Positions 21,747 to 34,500 of a stretch of 64,000 bases of DNA are shown piece after piece. A model generated the notes under the pieces. It was not told the DNA's origin, made no database searches, and was given only the letters and a program-made list of their open reading frames with translations. Origin of the DNA: Andalucia godoyi And28. Lineage: Eukaryota; Protista; Jakobida. The DNA lies in contig VRVR01000015.1 in the NCBI GenBank assembly GCA_009859145.1, forward strand, positions 237,705 to 301,704, written 5' to 3'. The translations under genes and the position numbers were made by a program. Each line of letters opens with the position of its first letter. The stretch's first letter is position 1.

Positions 21747-22365
21747 TAGTCAGCATCATTTTGCTGGTGCATGTCACGAAAGTGTTGCAAAATCGTACCC
21801 TATTGTAAGCACTTGATGGTCCCTGATAGATCGAACCCAACCCTTCAAAATCCATTGAAACTATGCTCTTTTCATATTATTATTATTATGACGTTCTGTA
21901 AACGACCCGCTGTTCGCCACTCCTTTTTTTTCCCTCTCGTTTCCCTCAAACTCCAAAGAGCATAGCAAACCTACCTGCCAGTGCGGCTGTGCCTACTCCC
22001 ATTTCTTCGTTTTGATTTTCTTTTCCTCCCAGCCAAATTATCATTGTTATTATATACATATTATTTAGGTTTTTAAATTAATTTTTACTACTTGCTTGTT
22101 GTTTATTTGTTGTCTTTAAACATTTTAAAAAAGAAGGCGTCTTTTTTTTTTCCGGGAGCAGCTGCTTGCATTCTCCAACTTGTGTTGTTGTTTCTTGCTT
22201 TTTTAGTGTTTCGCGAGAGCACATTTATTTTTCCTTTTCCTTTTCCTTCTCCTTCTCCTCGTCTTCTTCTTCTTTTGTTGCTGTTGTTTAAGTCAAGGTT
22301 TGGTTGGGTAAGTGAGTATTTTATTGTTGGAACCAACGCCTTTTTCTTTTTTCCGTTTTTCTATC

Positions 22366-22396
<31 letters not shown>

Positions 22397-22521
22397 TTGT
22401 GGATTTTCAGACAGCTTTTAGGCGCAGGTTGTACATCGTCATTCCTTTTCTCGCAGAAAAGGTTCGACCATATCATACGTAATTGTTTGAAGAATTGTTG
22501 AGATAATTTGAATTTGGTGGA

Positions 22522-25500
22522 ATGTCGTCGTCGAATGTTTTGAAAGAGGATACCGGCGCAGCTTCAGTAGTCACAAATCCATTGGACACTGGATCACGGC
22601 GTCCGGCAGCGGCGCCATCCTTGTTTTCTGCCCGTTTCTCAGCAGCGTCGAAAGCTTCGGATACCTTCCTGCCGGGAAGCGGCGCGATGTCTTCAGTTCA
22701 AGGTTCAGCACTGTCTGTGAGACCGTCTCTAAGATCTCCTGACGCACTGCTGCCGCCACTGAAACCGCCGGTACAGCCTCCTGCTGTTGAGCTGAAGTCT
22801 CCTGTGCCTTCAATGCCTCCTTTGCCGCCACCATTAAGCGTAGCGGATCGTGTTGCGGGGCGGTCGAGTGTGGCACCGCTGCCATCAGGGTACAGAAGAG
22901 GTGGACTTGCGATGGGAGGGGGAGATGGTGCGCTGGATTCATTGCCGGATTCAGGGACTCCCGGTGCATACGCGCAGAACAATGCATCCACGAACGGAGG
23001 TGGAGCGGACAATGCAGATGGAGGGGCCTTCTCGAATGTGGCGCCGATGGGCGGCTCGGGACCTATGAGGAGAAAGCGACCGACGATAGACGAAGTTGCA
23101 AGACAATTGTTTGATCAGAGGATGAAGAAGAAGATCACGCTACATCGTCGTGCAATGTGGGTGTCCATTCTGCTGCTGTTTTTGCTTACCGGGTTCCTGT
23201 TTTACGTCACATGGCGATTCCTGTTGATTATGTTAAGTGGCAGTGCCTACGACTCGGATTTCAAGGTCGACGGCGCCGTCACTGCTAAATCTCTTACGGT
23301 TTCCAATTCTGTTTATGCACCTCTGATAAGCTCGCAGAGCCTTACCGTTTCGCAACCAAAAGGGACGGCGGCGCAAATCCGTCTTGAGGAAGGACCAAAT
23401 TCTGTAGTCCTGTCGACGAGCGGGGATGCCGGTCAGCGGTTCTTGCTGTCGAATGGAACGTCCAGCTTGCTTGTTCTTGATTTTGTTGCATCGTCTGCGC
23501 CGTTTTCAGTCGTCATGTCTCCTGATTCTTCCATTCCCAGCTTTTCCATTTCTTCCTCCAGCCACAAAAGTGGTGGCGGCGCGTCTCATGCTCGAGAATT
23601 TTGGAGAGGCGTCCAGCATCAATCGTCGTCTTCATCGACCGGCGCCTCCATGACCGGGTATTCTGTTCAGACGTCCGCGGCGGCGTCTGTGTCTCCATTG
23701 CCCTCTGGTGGATTTACTTTCCTTGGTCGCTATTTGACCCTTGGACAGTCCATGTATTTTGACTCCGTGAGTCGAGAGTTTGCTGCTGATCGGTTAAGGA
23801 TGCTTGTCGGGAGCTTCTTGTTGGGTAGTTCCGAGACGAATATCTCGACGAGGTCGTTCTCTTTGGATGTCAAGAACGCCTCCGTGTTATCCTCCTCATC
23901 ATTTGACTTCAGGTTGTCAGAAGGATATTCTTCCTCGTCGTTTTTTGGCGTATCCCTTGTGTCTGGTGCTCCCGCGATTTTTGTGAACCAATCGGGGAGC
24001 GTGGGCATTGGTACTCGTGTGCCTGGCTCCACGCTGGATGTGGCGGGAGACCTGACGGTCCGAGGAAAGTTGTTTGTCACCAACACAGTGTCAGATTCCG
24101 GCAACTTCCAATATGTGGTTGCATCATCTGGTATGGTCACCAACGCAATTACTGGAAGTGCAAACAGCGATATTGTCGTGAAGAGCGCTCCGGGAATGGG
24201 GTTACAGGTTGTTCTTGCAGGACCTCCAGCAGCATCCAGCATTTTTTCCGTGAACGACACTCTGATAGTCAATTCATATCAGAAGTCTGTGTCCGTGAAC
24301 AATCAGTTGACTGTCTCTTCATTGTTCTCCGTTTCAACCTTGTTCTCCGTTTCGCAGCCGAGCAATCTCGTCCTTGTTTCTGGGCAGTTTGAAACAGTCG
24401 GATCTGCGCGCTTCAGAACTCGCTCCACGTTTGATGCGGGGTTTGATGCGTCTGGGTTGGCGACGATTTCGGCTCTCGAAACATCGTCGATCCGGAGTAC
24501 TGCTTCCAATGCGCCTTTTGTAATATCTGCAGACTCGGGAGCGGTCGTCATCAACGTTTCACAAAGTTTGGATGTCGGAGCCGGGATCCTCTACGTGAGC
24601 GTACCAAACAAGCAGGTACGCATCGGCAATGATTCAAACTCCAACCTGCTCATCATGGGAACCATGACAATTGGTGGAAACTTGAGCGTGTCCGGATTCA
24701 CCTTCATGTCGAACGTCACTTCAACGACCATTACCCAGTCACCGATCGTGGAAACAAATCTGATCAGACCGCTGAATTTGTCAACCGGGGTTATCCAGAT
24801 TGAATCATCAGCGGGGACGGATGTCCTCGTAAATTTGCTGCCTGGTTCGTCTGGTGCTTCAGGCAAGTTCATTGTAGGAAACGACGCACTGATTGTGCAG
24901 AGTTCCCCAGCTTCGGTCGTCGCTCGAGATCTGACAGTCGTCGGATCTCTCCTTGTGAATGGTTCCACAAACTTCGATCAGCTTTCCATTATTTCTGCGG
25001 TGTTTGTGGGGAGCACTGGATCGTATTTCAAGAGTGCAGATTTCTTGGTGATGAATGCTTCCGGGAGTTCCCGGCTGCTTCCAGGTTCTGTGTTGACGGA
25101 CATACTCACCCCATCGAGCCCCTCTGATCTTCGATTTATCAGTGCCACCAACAGGAACATCACAGTTGATATTCAAGGAACAGGTAGATTTGTCATCGCT
25201 TCTGGATTATTTATGGTATCTCCGTCTTCTCGCTTGTTGTCGTTCGGACAGTGTGGCTCATCCACAACATGTGCAGATTCTGCGGACTTCGATGCAGTCG
25301 TTGTTTTTCGACGCTTGTTGGATGTGCGTTCGACTTTGCTGATGAATAACTCGAGCATCGTTTTCTCTACATCCGGTTCCGTTTTGAACAATTCCGGCAT
25401 TTATTATGTTTTTGGGTCTTCCACGTTTTCTGTCGACGGGAATGGGCTGTTGTTGAAAAATGCCGGTGCGTCGTCATCTCTCCTTCCTACGTCGCTCAGC

Positions 25501-28500
25501 ATGGTCTCCACAACATCGTCGTCTTCATTCAATGCGTCTGCATTGTCTACACCGTTGGTTGTGTCAAATGCTGTCCTTACGGATCGTATTACTACGTCCT
25601 CCAGTCTGTTGACCATTCAACCGAGGGCGACGCTGCTGGTCGCGCTTAACGACTCCTCATCGGCTGCTCGATTCGTTGTTGGGGATACAATGGGGCTGGT
25701 CGTCTTTCAGAATCGTTCTGTTGTTATTGGAGGATCTGCTCCAAGCTGGCTACCAGAGGCGAGCGCTCTTCGAGTTACGGGCACAAGTGTCTTTGATGGA
25801 TCCGTTGTTGCCCAGGGGATTTCGTTGCGAAACAGTTCCCAGTTTGCATTGAACCTTACCTCTTCACGAATTTCTTTCGGCTCGTCATCCACAACCTGGT
25901 CATCTTTCTCCCCAGAGTACTTGCGTTTGGACTCTGTCTCTCAGAACTCTGTCCATACGGCGACGTCATCGACGTTTTCAGATGCACTCAGCGGCGTGGT
26001 GTCGTCTCTTGAATCGGCTGGCGTATCTTTCACTTCCTCAACGGACAGGTCCTTGTTGAATGCTTCGCGCCTTGCATTTTCGGGAACCTCCCCAGATACA
26101 GTATCGCTGAATCGAAATGGAATCGTTGTCTATTCCGCCGTCGGCGTGGTAACGGTGTCTCCGACAGTGGTTTCCGTTGCGGAAGGTGTTATGTCATCAG
26201 CAATTTCTGCTGGAAATGTGACGACACCCGTTGTGCTGTCTCCCGTCATTCAGTCGACCAATGGCTCGCTATCCATTGTTTCTGCTCAGGGATCTGATGT
26301 GATTGTCAATCCAGGAATCGCTGCTGCGTCTTCGGGTCGGTTTGTCATTGGAAATGCATCCGTTTTGTCTGTCAACCCCGGGTCGCGCTCCCTGTCCTTT
26401 GGTTTGGCGGGTTCCAGCGCATGCCTGAACTGTTTGACTGTTGGTGTCTCATCTTCGTTTTTGTCATCTGTGAATTTTTCCTCTGACGTGTACGTTTCAC
26501 AGAATGCTTCAGTTTTTGTTGGTCTCGATGGGCCTGTCGTTACAACTATTTCGTCCGGTCAGATCAGTCTCCGTAACGGCTCTATTTCTACTGTTGTTTC
26601 TCACGGTTATGTGGAGTCCGCTGCTGTGCGCGCTACATATTCGTGGACTTCAGACACTGTGTTTGCTCCGCTCTTCCGGTCATTCAACGGGTCCAATATC
26701 GTTTTGCAACCCGATGCGTCTTCAAATCTGACAGTTTCTTTGTTTGACAACAGTTCGTCGACATTTTGTGTTGCCCAATCAGGGATTTGTCGATTCAGAG
26801 TATTCGGCAGTGGCGGCGCAGTAGTGGTTGGTTCGCGCCAGCCCTCGTCCTTCAGTTTGTCGTCTGGCCGCTTTCTCGTTGATGGTACATCTGTATTTGG
26901 TGGGGATGTATATATTGAGCAGGGACTGGTGTTTTCCAGCAATTCCAGCAAGTTGTTGTTTTCAGATGCGGTGCGCACGGTATCCTTGTCTTCGGCTGGA
27001 TTCGGCGCCACTTCTAGTCTGACTTCTAGCAGTTTGTCCGAGACGAACTTGTTAATCTGGACAAATTCTTCGAGCGTGATGTTGTCTTCATCTTCGCTGT
27101 CTATGTCGGACAACAACTCCAGATCCTCAGCGCTGTCGTCGAGCGGGCTGAACGTCTCATCCTCTTCTTCTTCGTATACGTCTTTGGACGGAAATGGTAT
27201 CGTGCTGTTTGGAAGTGGCAGTCAGTCCAACGTTACAGCTCTTTACGTTGCCACAGACCGTCTGTTTTCGAATTCGATCATGTCTCGCTCGACTTCCGAT
27301 TTGAGCATCACATCTTCTCCAGGACGCAGTGTTCTCGTAGGATTTGGGGGGGTGTTGAACGTCTCCGCTTCTGCGGCAAAAGTTCGCATAGGCTCTGGTG
27401 TGTCCAACCAAATCATCATGGGCTCAGACGTCTTGGAAATTGGAGGCGGGTCTGTTTTTGATGGCGTCGTCCGAGGCCAGCAGTTCCTTGCAGCATCTCG
27501 ACTGTCCAATTATTCGTCAAATCTTGAAGACTACCGGTTGACGCTGTTGGACATGGTTTTGAACATTTCGACAATCATTTCTTCGCGTAGTCTAGTAATA
27601 GCTGGATCGGGGTCCGACTCCCTGGCAGCCACGTCTAGCATGCTGGTTCTAACAAATCAGCTGCATCGTGCTCAACTGAATGCATCTTTGCTATCGTTTG
27701 CAGATACCTTGCAATCCGTGCAGGTTTCCGTCGAGCGGGTGAGTGCGACGTCTTCCAGCAGTTCAGCTATCTTCACCTTCGATGGTTTCAGTGTGCATAA
27801 CATTGTAACGAATCGAACTATGGTTGCCAACTCTCTTGGCGTGCAGACTGCTGATGTCTCAAGTGGACGTGTTTCGTTGTTGTCGTCTGGCTCTCTTCAG
27901 ATGTCCTCAAACAGCAGCGCGTCTTCGATTTTAAATGATTCAGCTGTTGTCTTTTCGGGAAGCAATTATTCCGCGGTGTATGGCAAGGAGACGGTGCTAT
28001 CTTCACCGGGAACGAACGCACGCATCTCTTCAAGCGCTGTTGCGATTTCTTCCGCCACGTATGCATCGTCGCTCTCTGCTGAAGGCTTGTCCACGGCCTT
28101 CATTTTCTCGCCAGGTTCGCGTCCGTTATCTCTTGTTCCGATGACTGGAATGGACGTGAATGTCAATTTATCCAGCTCCCTCTTTACTGTGTATTCTGGA
28201 ACACGCAATTTGTTTTCTGTAGACGGCAATTTGCATACTATTTTTGTCAACGGCCCCATTTCCGATTCCTCATTGCAAAATGTATCGTCTGTAGTTTCGC
28301 TTACCACAGTTGGAGACGTTTTGCTTGAGGGCAGTATGTTTGCAACCGGAAACGTTTCGTTGCGAAGTTCATCGAGTAGAGTGTCAATTGGTGCTGTTTC
28401 GGGGCCGCTGGTTGAAGTCTCAAGCGAATTCCTGTCATTTTCCTTCGCTTCCGATCGCCTGCTTGCTTCCCGTTTTGGACTGATGGTTAGTGCGACTTCT

Positions 28501-31500
28501 GGGAATTCGACCATTTCGGGTGCCGGTATTTCAACACCTTCCGTCAGTTCTCCTTTGCTTACATCGAATGCTGCACAGGGTCTAACATTGCAGAGCTCTT
28601 CTTCTATTTCTGTATCTTTCAACCGGTCGTCGGCTTTCCAGATTAATTCAGCACTTTCGCTGTCGTATGACGCCTTGTCTCGTGGCATACTCAGCATTGG
28701 GACGAGCGACACCGTCCGCGTTGTTATTGGAAATTCCACTGCTTTCCTCTCCGGGCCAAGCTTCGCGCTTTCTGTGGGAGGAAATGTTTCTGTCATGAAT
28801 GGTCTGTTTGTCGGAAATTCTTCTTTGCTCGAATCTGGCTCTCTAACAATGTCTGCTAACAGTTCCCGAGCACAGTTGACAGAGTCTGCACTCGGATTAT
28901 ATTCCACATCGGATAGTTCGTATTCTCAACTGCTTGCAAATCGTTTGGTCGTTTCGTCTACTTCATCGTCAACTACTGTTTCAGCGGACGGCCTTCTCGT
29001 GAACAAAATCTCCCCACAATCGAATCGCGTGCTGTCTGTAGATCTACTTTCGTCTCTCGGCATTGAGTTTTTATTCAATGCTTCATCGATGTACTCGACA
29101 TTCCAATTGAATGATGCATTCACAGTTGCGCTGTTTTCTCGCACGATTGCGTTTGGAAGCGTGAATGCATCCGTAACTTCCAAATTCTTTGGCAACGTCG
29201 TCATTTCTGGTTCCATCAGCATTTCCGACTCGATCTATTTGAATTCGACTTTCGTAGTCGGATCTCAAAGCGCAAATACGACGATACAGCTCGACCAAAT
29301 TCGTTTGCTGACACCCAGATCTCATCTTTCTCTCACCTCCGAAGGCATTTCACTCGGAAATGTTAGTTCCAATCTCGAAACGCTCATTACTGCCTCCCAC
29401 ATCTCTACTGCCTCGGTCATGGGATCTTCCTTTGCAAATCTTTCGATTCAAGCACAACCGCAAACGGATATCGTACTCTCGTCTCCATCTGGGCGGGTTG
29501 TGATTGGGTCGAGCGAGTTTGTTGTCGTGGATTTCCGTGATAACACGACGTCGCGTATGCGTGTTGGATCTGCGGATGCTCTGGCCGGGCTGGTCAACGT
29601 CAGCGCAGGTAATGAAGTGTTTTCGGTGGGCGGCGGAGTTGTTGTGGCTGGAGACCTCCGATCCGGTGGGTCTGTGCAGTTGCGAGGGCGAGACACCGTA
29701 TTCTTTGATGTGACGAACACGGACGCAAGCGGACATTCCAGCCTGTTTTCTGCACGTCTTTACAACGGATCTTTGCTGTTGCGCGAGATTGGCAACGGAA
29801 CTGTTGCAGATGAGACGATGTTGGTTACAGCACGAGAAATTCGAAAGGGTTCGATGGTGTTGAGCCCATCTGGATTGGTGAACGTGCGATTGGCGGCACC
29901 GTCGGAATCTGACCTTGTTGTCAGTTCTGCAGCAGGTCGTAGTGTGTTTGTCGTTTTGGCAGCGAAGGCCAATGCAAATGCGAACGTATCTGCAACGGAC
30001 TCGGGAGTGTTTGATGTCGGATCGGGAATATTGGTCGTCAATGGAACAATGCAACGAGTGCTTGTGCGCGGGGAGGTCCCATCGACGCTCCGCAACGATG
30101 GTGACGTTTTGCGTGTGAATGGCTCTGTTGCAGTCGACGGATCGTTGCGTATGAGCGGAAGTGTTGTGTTGTTGGGCGACCAAGGCCAGTCTGTCGTGCA
30201 AGTCGGCTCGTTTGGAAGCGGCAATGGAACACGAATCGATTCTTCCGGACTGCAGATTGTGCAGCGCATTACTGCGAATTTGTCGTCGTGGTCGTGGTAT
30301 TTAGCCGCAGATGCACGCAGTGTCACTGTTGGTGATGATGCCAGCGGCCGCCGCACTCGCCTTGACTCACAGAGCGTTGAAACTGGGACGTTGTTTGCGT
30401 CTGCTGGACAGTCGCTTGTTCTGAAGTCCAGTGCTGATCACGATGTTGTGGTGTCACTTGTTCGCAATGCATCTGAGTCGCGGTTTGTTATTGAAGGTTC
30501 TTCTGGCGTGCTCCTGACGGCAAATGGTTCTTCCGGTGTTGTGCGTATTGGAGGAGACTTGACGGACAGTGGCATTTTGCTTGGCGGTTACAATGCTCGT
30601 TTTGGCGTTGTGGGCAATGTAGGAGTTGAAGGCAGCATCCGCGTACGTGATGATGTTGTCATTGCATCCGCTGGCGGCGCAGTTCGCGTTGGTGCGAATG
30701 GAACCGCAGGACCGTCTACTTCAATGGTGGCAGGAGGACTAACAGTGTCTGTTGATGGGGTGGTTCGAGCGAACGTGTCTGCTGCAGGAATCAGCATGTT
30801 GGGAAGCGACGGAAGTACCTCGGCTGTGTCGTCGTCAACAGTGCAAGTTTCCACGGTTCGTGCGGATACTGTAATTGCACGAAATGGAACGTCTGGGTTG
30901 GTGATTGCAGGAGGATCCGCGGGAGATGTGACGATCGACGTTGTGCAGAATCATAGCGTTGCAGTTGGTGCGGGTGCGTTACGCGTGTGGCGCGATGTTT
31001 CGTTTGCGAATATCAAGATGTCGGAAGATGACATGGTCCGCTTCACTGTGGGAAATGTTTCTGGTACATCGCTGTATTCTGCGACTCGTCACATGGTTGG
31101 TATTTCAGGATCTGTGCTGATCGGCGGCGACCTGCAGATTGGCGCTGCCTTTTCTGTCAATGCCTCGAGCGGTATTGTGTCGATTCTCTCGGATACTAGT
31201 GTTGTGTCTTTGAGTTCGAGCATTCTTGCTATGACCTCGTCTTTATCCAACCAATCTATTGCCGTATCCGCGTCCGGTTTGGTGCTGGTGAGCCCGCAGA
31301 GTATTGCTCGTCTAGACAGTTCTGCGCTGCAGATTTCATTAGTGCGCGGGGTTGACAATTCGTCACTGACTCTTTCTACTCGGAACGGCGGCAATGTAGT
31401 TGTTGAATTGGGTGCTTTGACCATGGACAACAATCAAGGATCTCTGCTTGTCGGAGATTCGTTGCTCACTGTTTCGTCAACACGTTCGTTTGTTGTGGGA

Positions 31501-34500
31501 TCAATGCAGAAGCCTGTATCGTCCTTCTTCTATGGATCCACGTTGTTTGATGGCAGCGTGACTTTTGCCTCTGCTGTTCAACTTGGTAATGCTTCGTCAC
31601 TTGTATTTGGCAGCGGTAGCGACTATTCCAGACTTGATGTTTCACGTGCGTTGTTTGTGTCGGGTAATCACACCAGTTTGCTTACGAACGCCGCATTGTC
31701 GTTTGGAGAAGGCAATAGCACGGGCACCATTGTGTCAAATGGACTCATTTTGACGGGTGTTCTCTCTTCATTTGTGAACAGTTCATTGGATCTTCGTTCT
31801 GTGAACGGCACCATTTCTGTGTCACTAGGTGCTAGTGGCGTGTTTGCGGTGTCCGGAAACTCGTTTTCAGTGAATGCTGTATCCAAGTTGATATCATTGT
31901 CTGGAGGCGCAAGCGGATTGCATGCATTCTCGTCTGCTGCGGATCGATTGTCCGTCAATGGAAACATTCTGTTACAAGGGGAATTTATTTCTTCGGGATC
32001 TGCACGGTTGGTTGGTGCGTCACAGGTGCTGTCTGTTGAAGATGCGTCTATGAACAGTTCGGTCGTTGTTTCAGCGACGGGGTTGAGAATGTCGAGCAAC
32101 TATAGTGGTGGTGTGTACGCTTTGTCGGTTTTGCAAGCAGATTCGTTGACCATCGACACGACTATTGTTTCTCGGACTGGTGTTGTTACAAGCAAATTAT
32201 CCTCGCCGTCCGGGACCGATCTTCTTGTGCAGATTCCGGATAGTCATGTCATGAAGGTCGCATTTGGTAATGGAACAGTGGCCGGTATTTCTGGAAGTTT
32301 TATTGTGGGTGCTGATCGCCTTGTTGTCAATGAAACTGAAGGGTTGGTTCGTGTTGGTCAGAGCAGCATGAATGCAGGTACGTACAGCGTATTGCGGGCA
32401 CATGCATTTAGAGTCTCGGGTAATTCCAGTTTCATGGATGATTCGGAAGTTCTCGGCTCGTTGACACTGCCATCTAGTGGTTCAGTGTTGCGCGTAGGCT
32501 CCAACTCTTCTGTGACGACTGACATCAAGATGTCGGGTATCGCTGTATCGGGAGTCGATGCGTCTGGTACGATTGTTCGCAGCTTCATGGGTGCAAATGG
32601 GTACTCCGTTGTTGGTGCATCGGGTTCTTCCTCAGTTCTATCTTCGTCTGGCTTAGTTTCGAGTCGTGTCGGACCTCTTTCGGGGTCTGATTTTGAGATC
32701 GGCATGATTCAAAACGCAACCATGAAGATTCTTCTTGGCAACAGTTCTGTTGGTGGTGGCGACTTCTCTATCTTGAGTGGGAACAACTCCTTGTTATCAG
32801 TCAGTGGGTATCAAAATCGCATTGTCATTGGACATCCATTGGGGTCCGATGCGAACCAGGCGTCTGTGTTGTCTGTTGCTGGAGTGTCTGTGTTTGATGG
32901 TGACGTACTGTTGTCACACAATATGCAATTAACGGCGTCCGCTGGAGCTATTACCGTTGGTAATGTGACTTCGGGAGTGTTCTCAGTTGTTCGACCTACG
33001 TTTGTTCGTTTGACTTTTGGACCAACAGTCGGGCAGTTGGAATCTGGAATGTTGAGTTTTATGTCTGATGGTCAGTCGTCGTCATTAAATGCATCTCTTG
33101 CAAGTGTGGACACAGCAGCGGTCATGATGATTCGAAACAGGAACACTAGCGGTTTGTCGATATTGGCAGATTCGAATACAGACGTGTCTGTGGTTTTGGG
33201 TACCAACAGCACGTTCAGCGTGGCATCGAATGTGTTGCGAGCATTCCAGCATTCTGGAGTGCGGTCGGTTGTGCATGTCGGTCGTCTGATGCAAGGCGCT
33301 ACATTGTGTGTATCGAACCGCTCCGTCTGCGATTCACCGATCGCGGGCGAGGAGTTTGCGATTTCGGTGGATGGTGGTTTATATGCATCCCGGACATTGC
33401 GAATTGGTGCCACGGTGGATGTCGATGGTACCTTGGGTTCTTTGTCTTCTACGATTGGGTACAATAAGACAGTCATGAGCGCAGCTGGTTTGGTCGTTGC
33501 CGATCTGAATCGATCGCGTTCCGTTGTCATGGACAGTGCGTCGGTCATAGTGCGTGGGCCAAGTGACGCGTCGTTGCTGACATCGACGTATTTGCGAACC
33601 TCGACAGTCATCGCTGCAATTGGTCGAAACTTGACCGTTGTTCCGTCGGATTTGGCAGATGTTGTGGTTGACCTTTCTTCTGGTACGTCACGGTTTATCG
33701 TGGGTTCCGAGATGATTGTGTCGCCTTCGATGTCACTGGTTGAGATAGGATCAAGTGGGAGAATTGCCGGTGCAGTTAATCTTGCAGTTTCTGGAAATGC
33801 CACGATTCGCGGTGGTCTTCAGATTTCGTCGCGTGTAGAGATTGCTGAGGAGTTGCGCATTACGGACGCTTACTCAAGCGGAGTCTTGTCAGCGACTGCT
33901 CATCGTTTGCTGGCTCAGAATAGTTCTGGAAGCGCTTCCTTGTCCGCTGATGGTATTCTGGTTACTGCTGGAGGTAACGGATCGTTATCGACGAGTGTTA
34001 TGGCGGGCGTTGTGTCAACTGCCACCATTCTTGGCGTTACTGGTAGCGATCTTACCGTGTCTTCTGTGACGAACACATCACTTTGGCTTCTTAGTCCATC
34101 TGGACGGGTTGTGATTGGGTCGAGCGAGTTTGTTGTCGTGGATTTCCGTGATAACACGACGTCGCGTATGCGTGTTGGATCTGCGGATGCTCTGGCCGGG
34201 CTGGTCAACGTCAGCGCAGGTAATGAAGTGTTTTCGGTGGGCGGCGGAGTTGTTGTGGCTGGAGACCTCCGATCCGGTGGGTCTGTGCAGTTGCGAGGGC
34301 GAGACACCGTATTCTTTGATGTGACGAACACGGACGCAAGCGGACATTCCAGCCTGTTTTCTGCACGTCTTTACAACGGATCTTTGCTGTTGCGCGAGAT
34401 TGGCAACGGAACTGTTGCAGATGAGACGATGTTGGTTACAGCACGAGAAATTCGAAAGGGTTCGATGGTGTTGAGCCCATCTGGATTGGTGAACGTGCGA

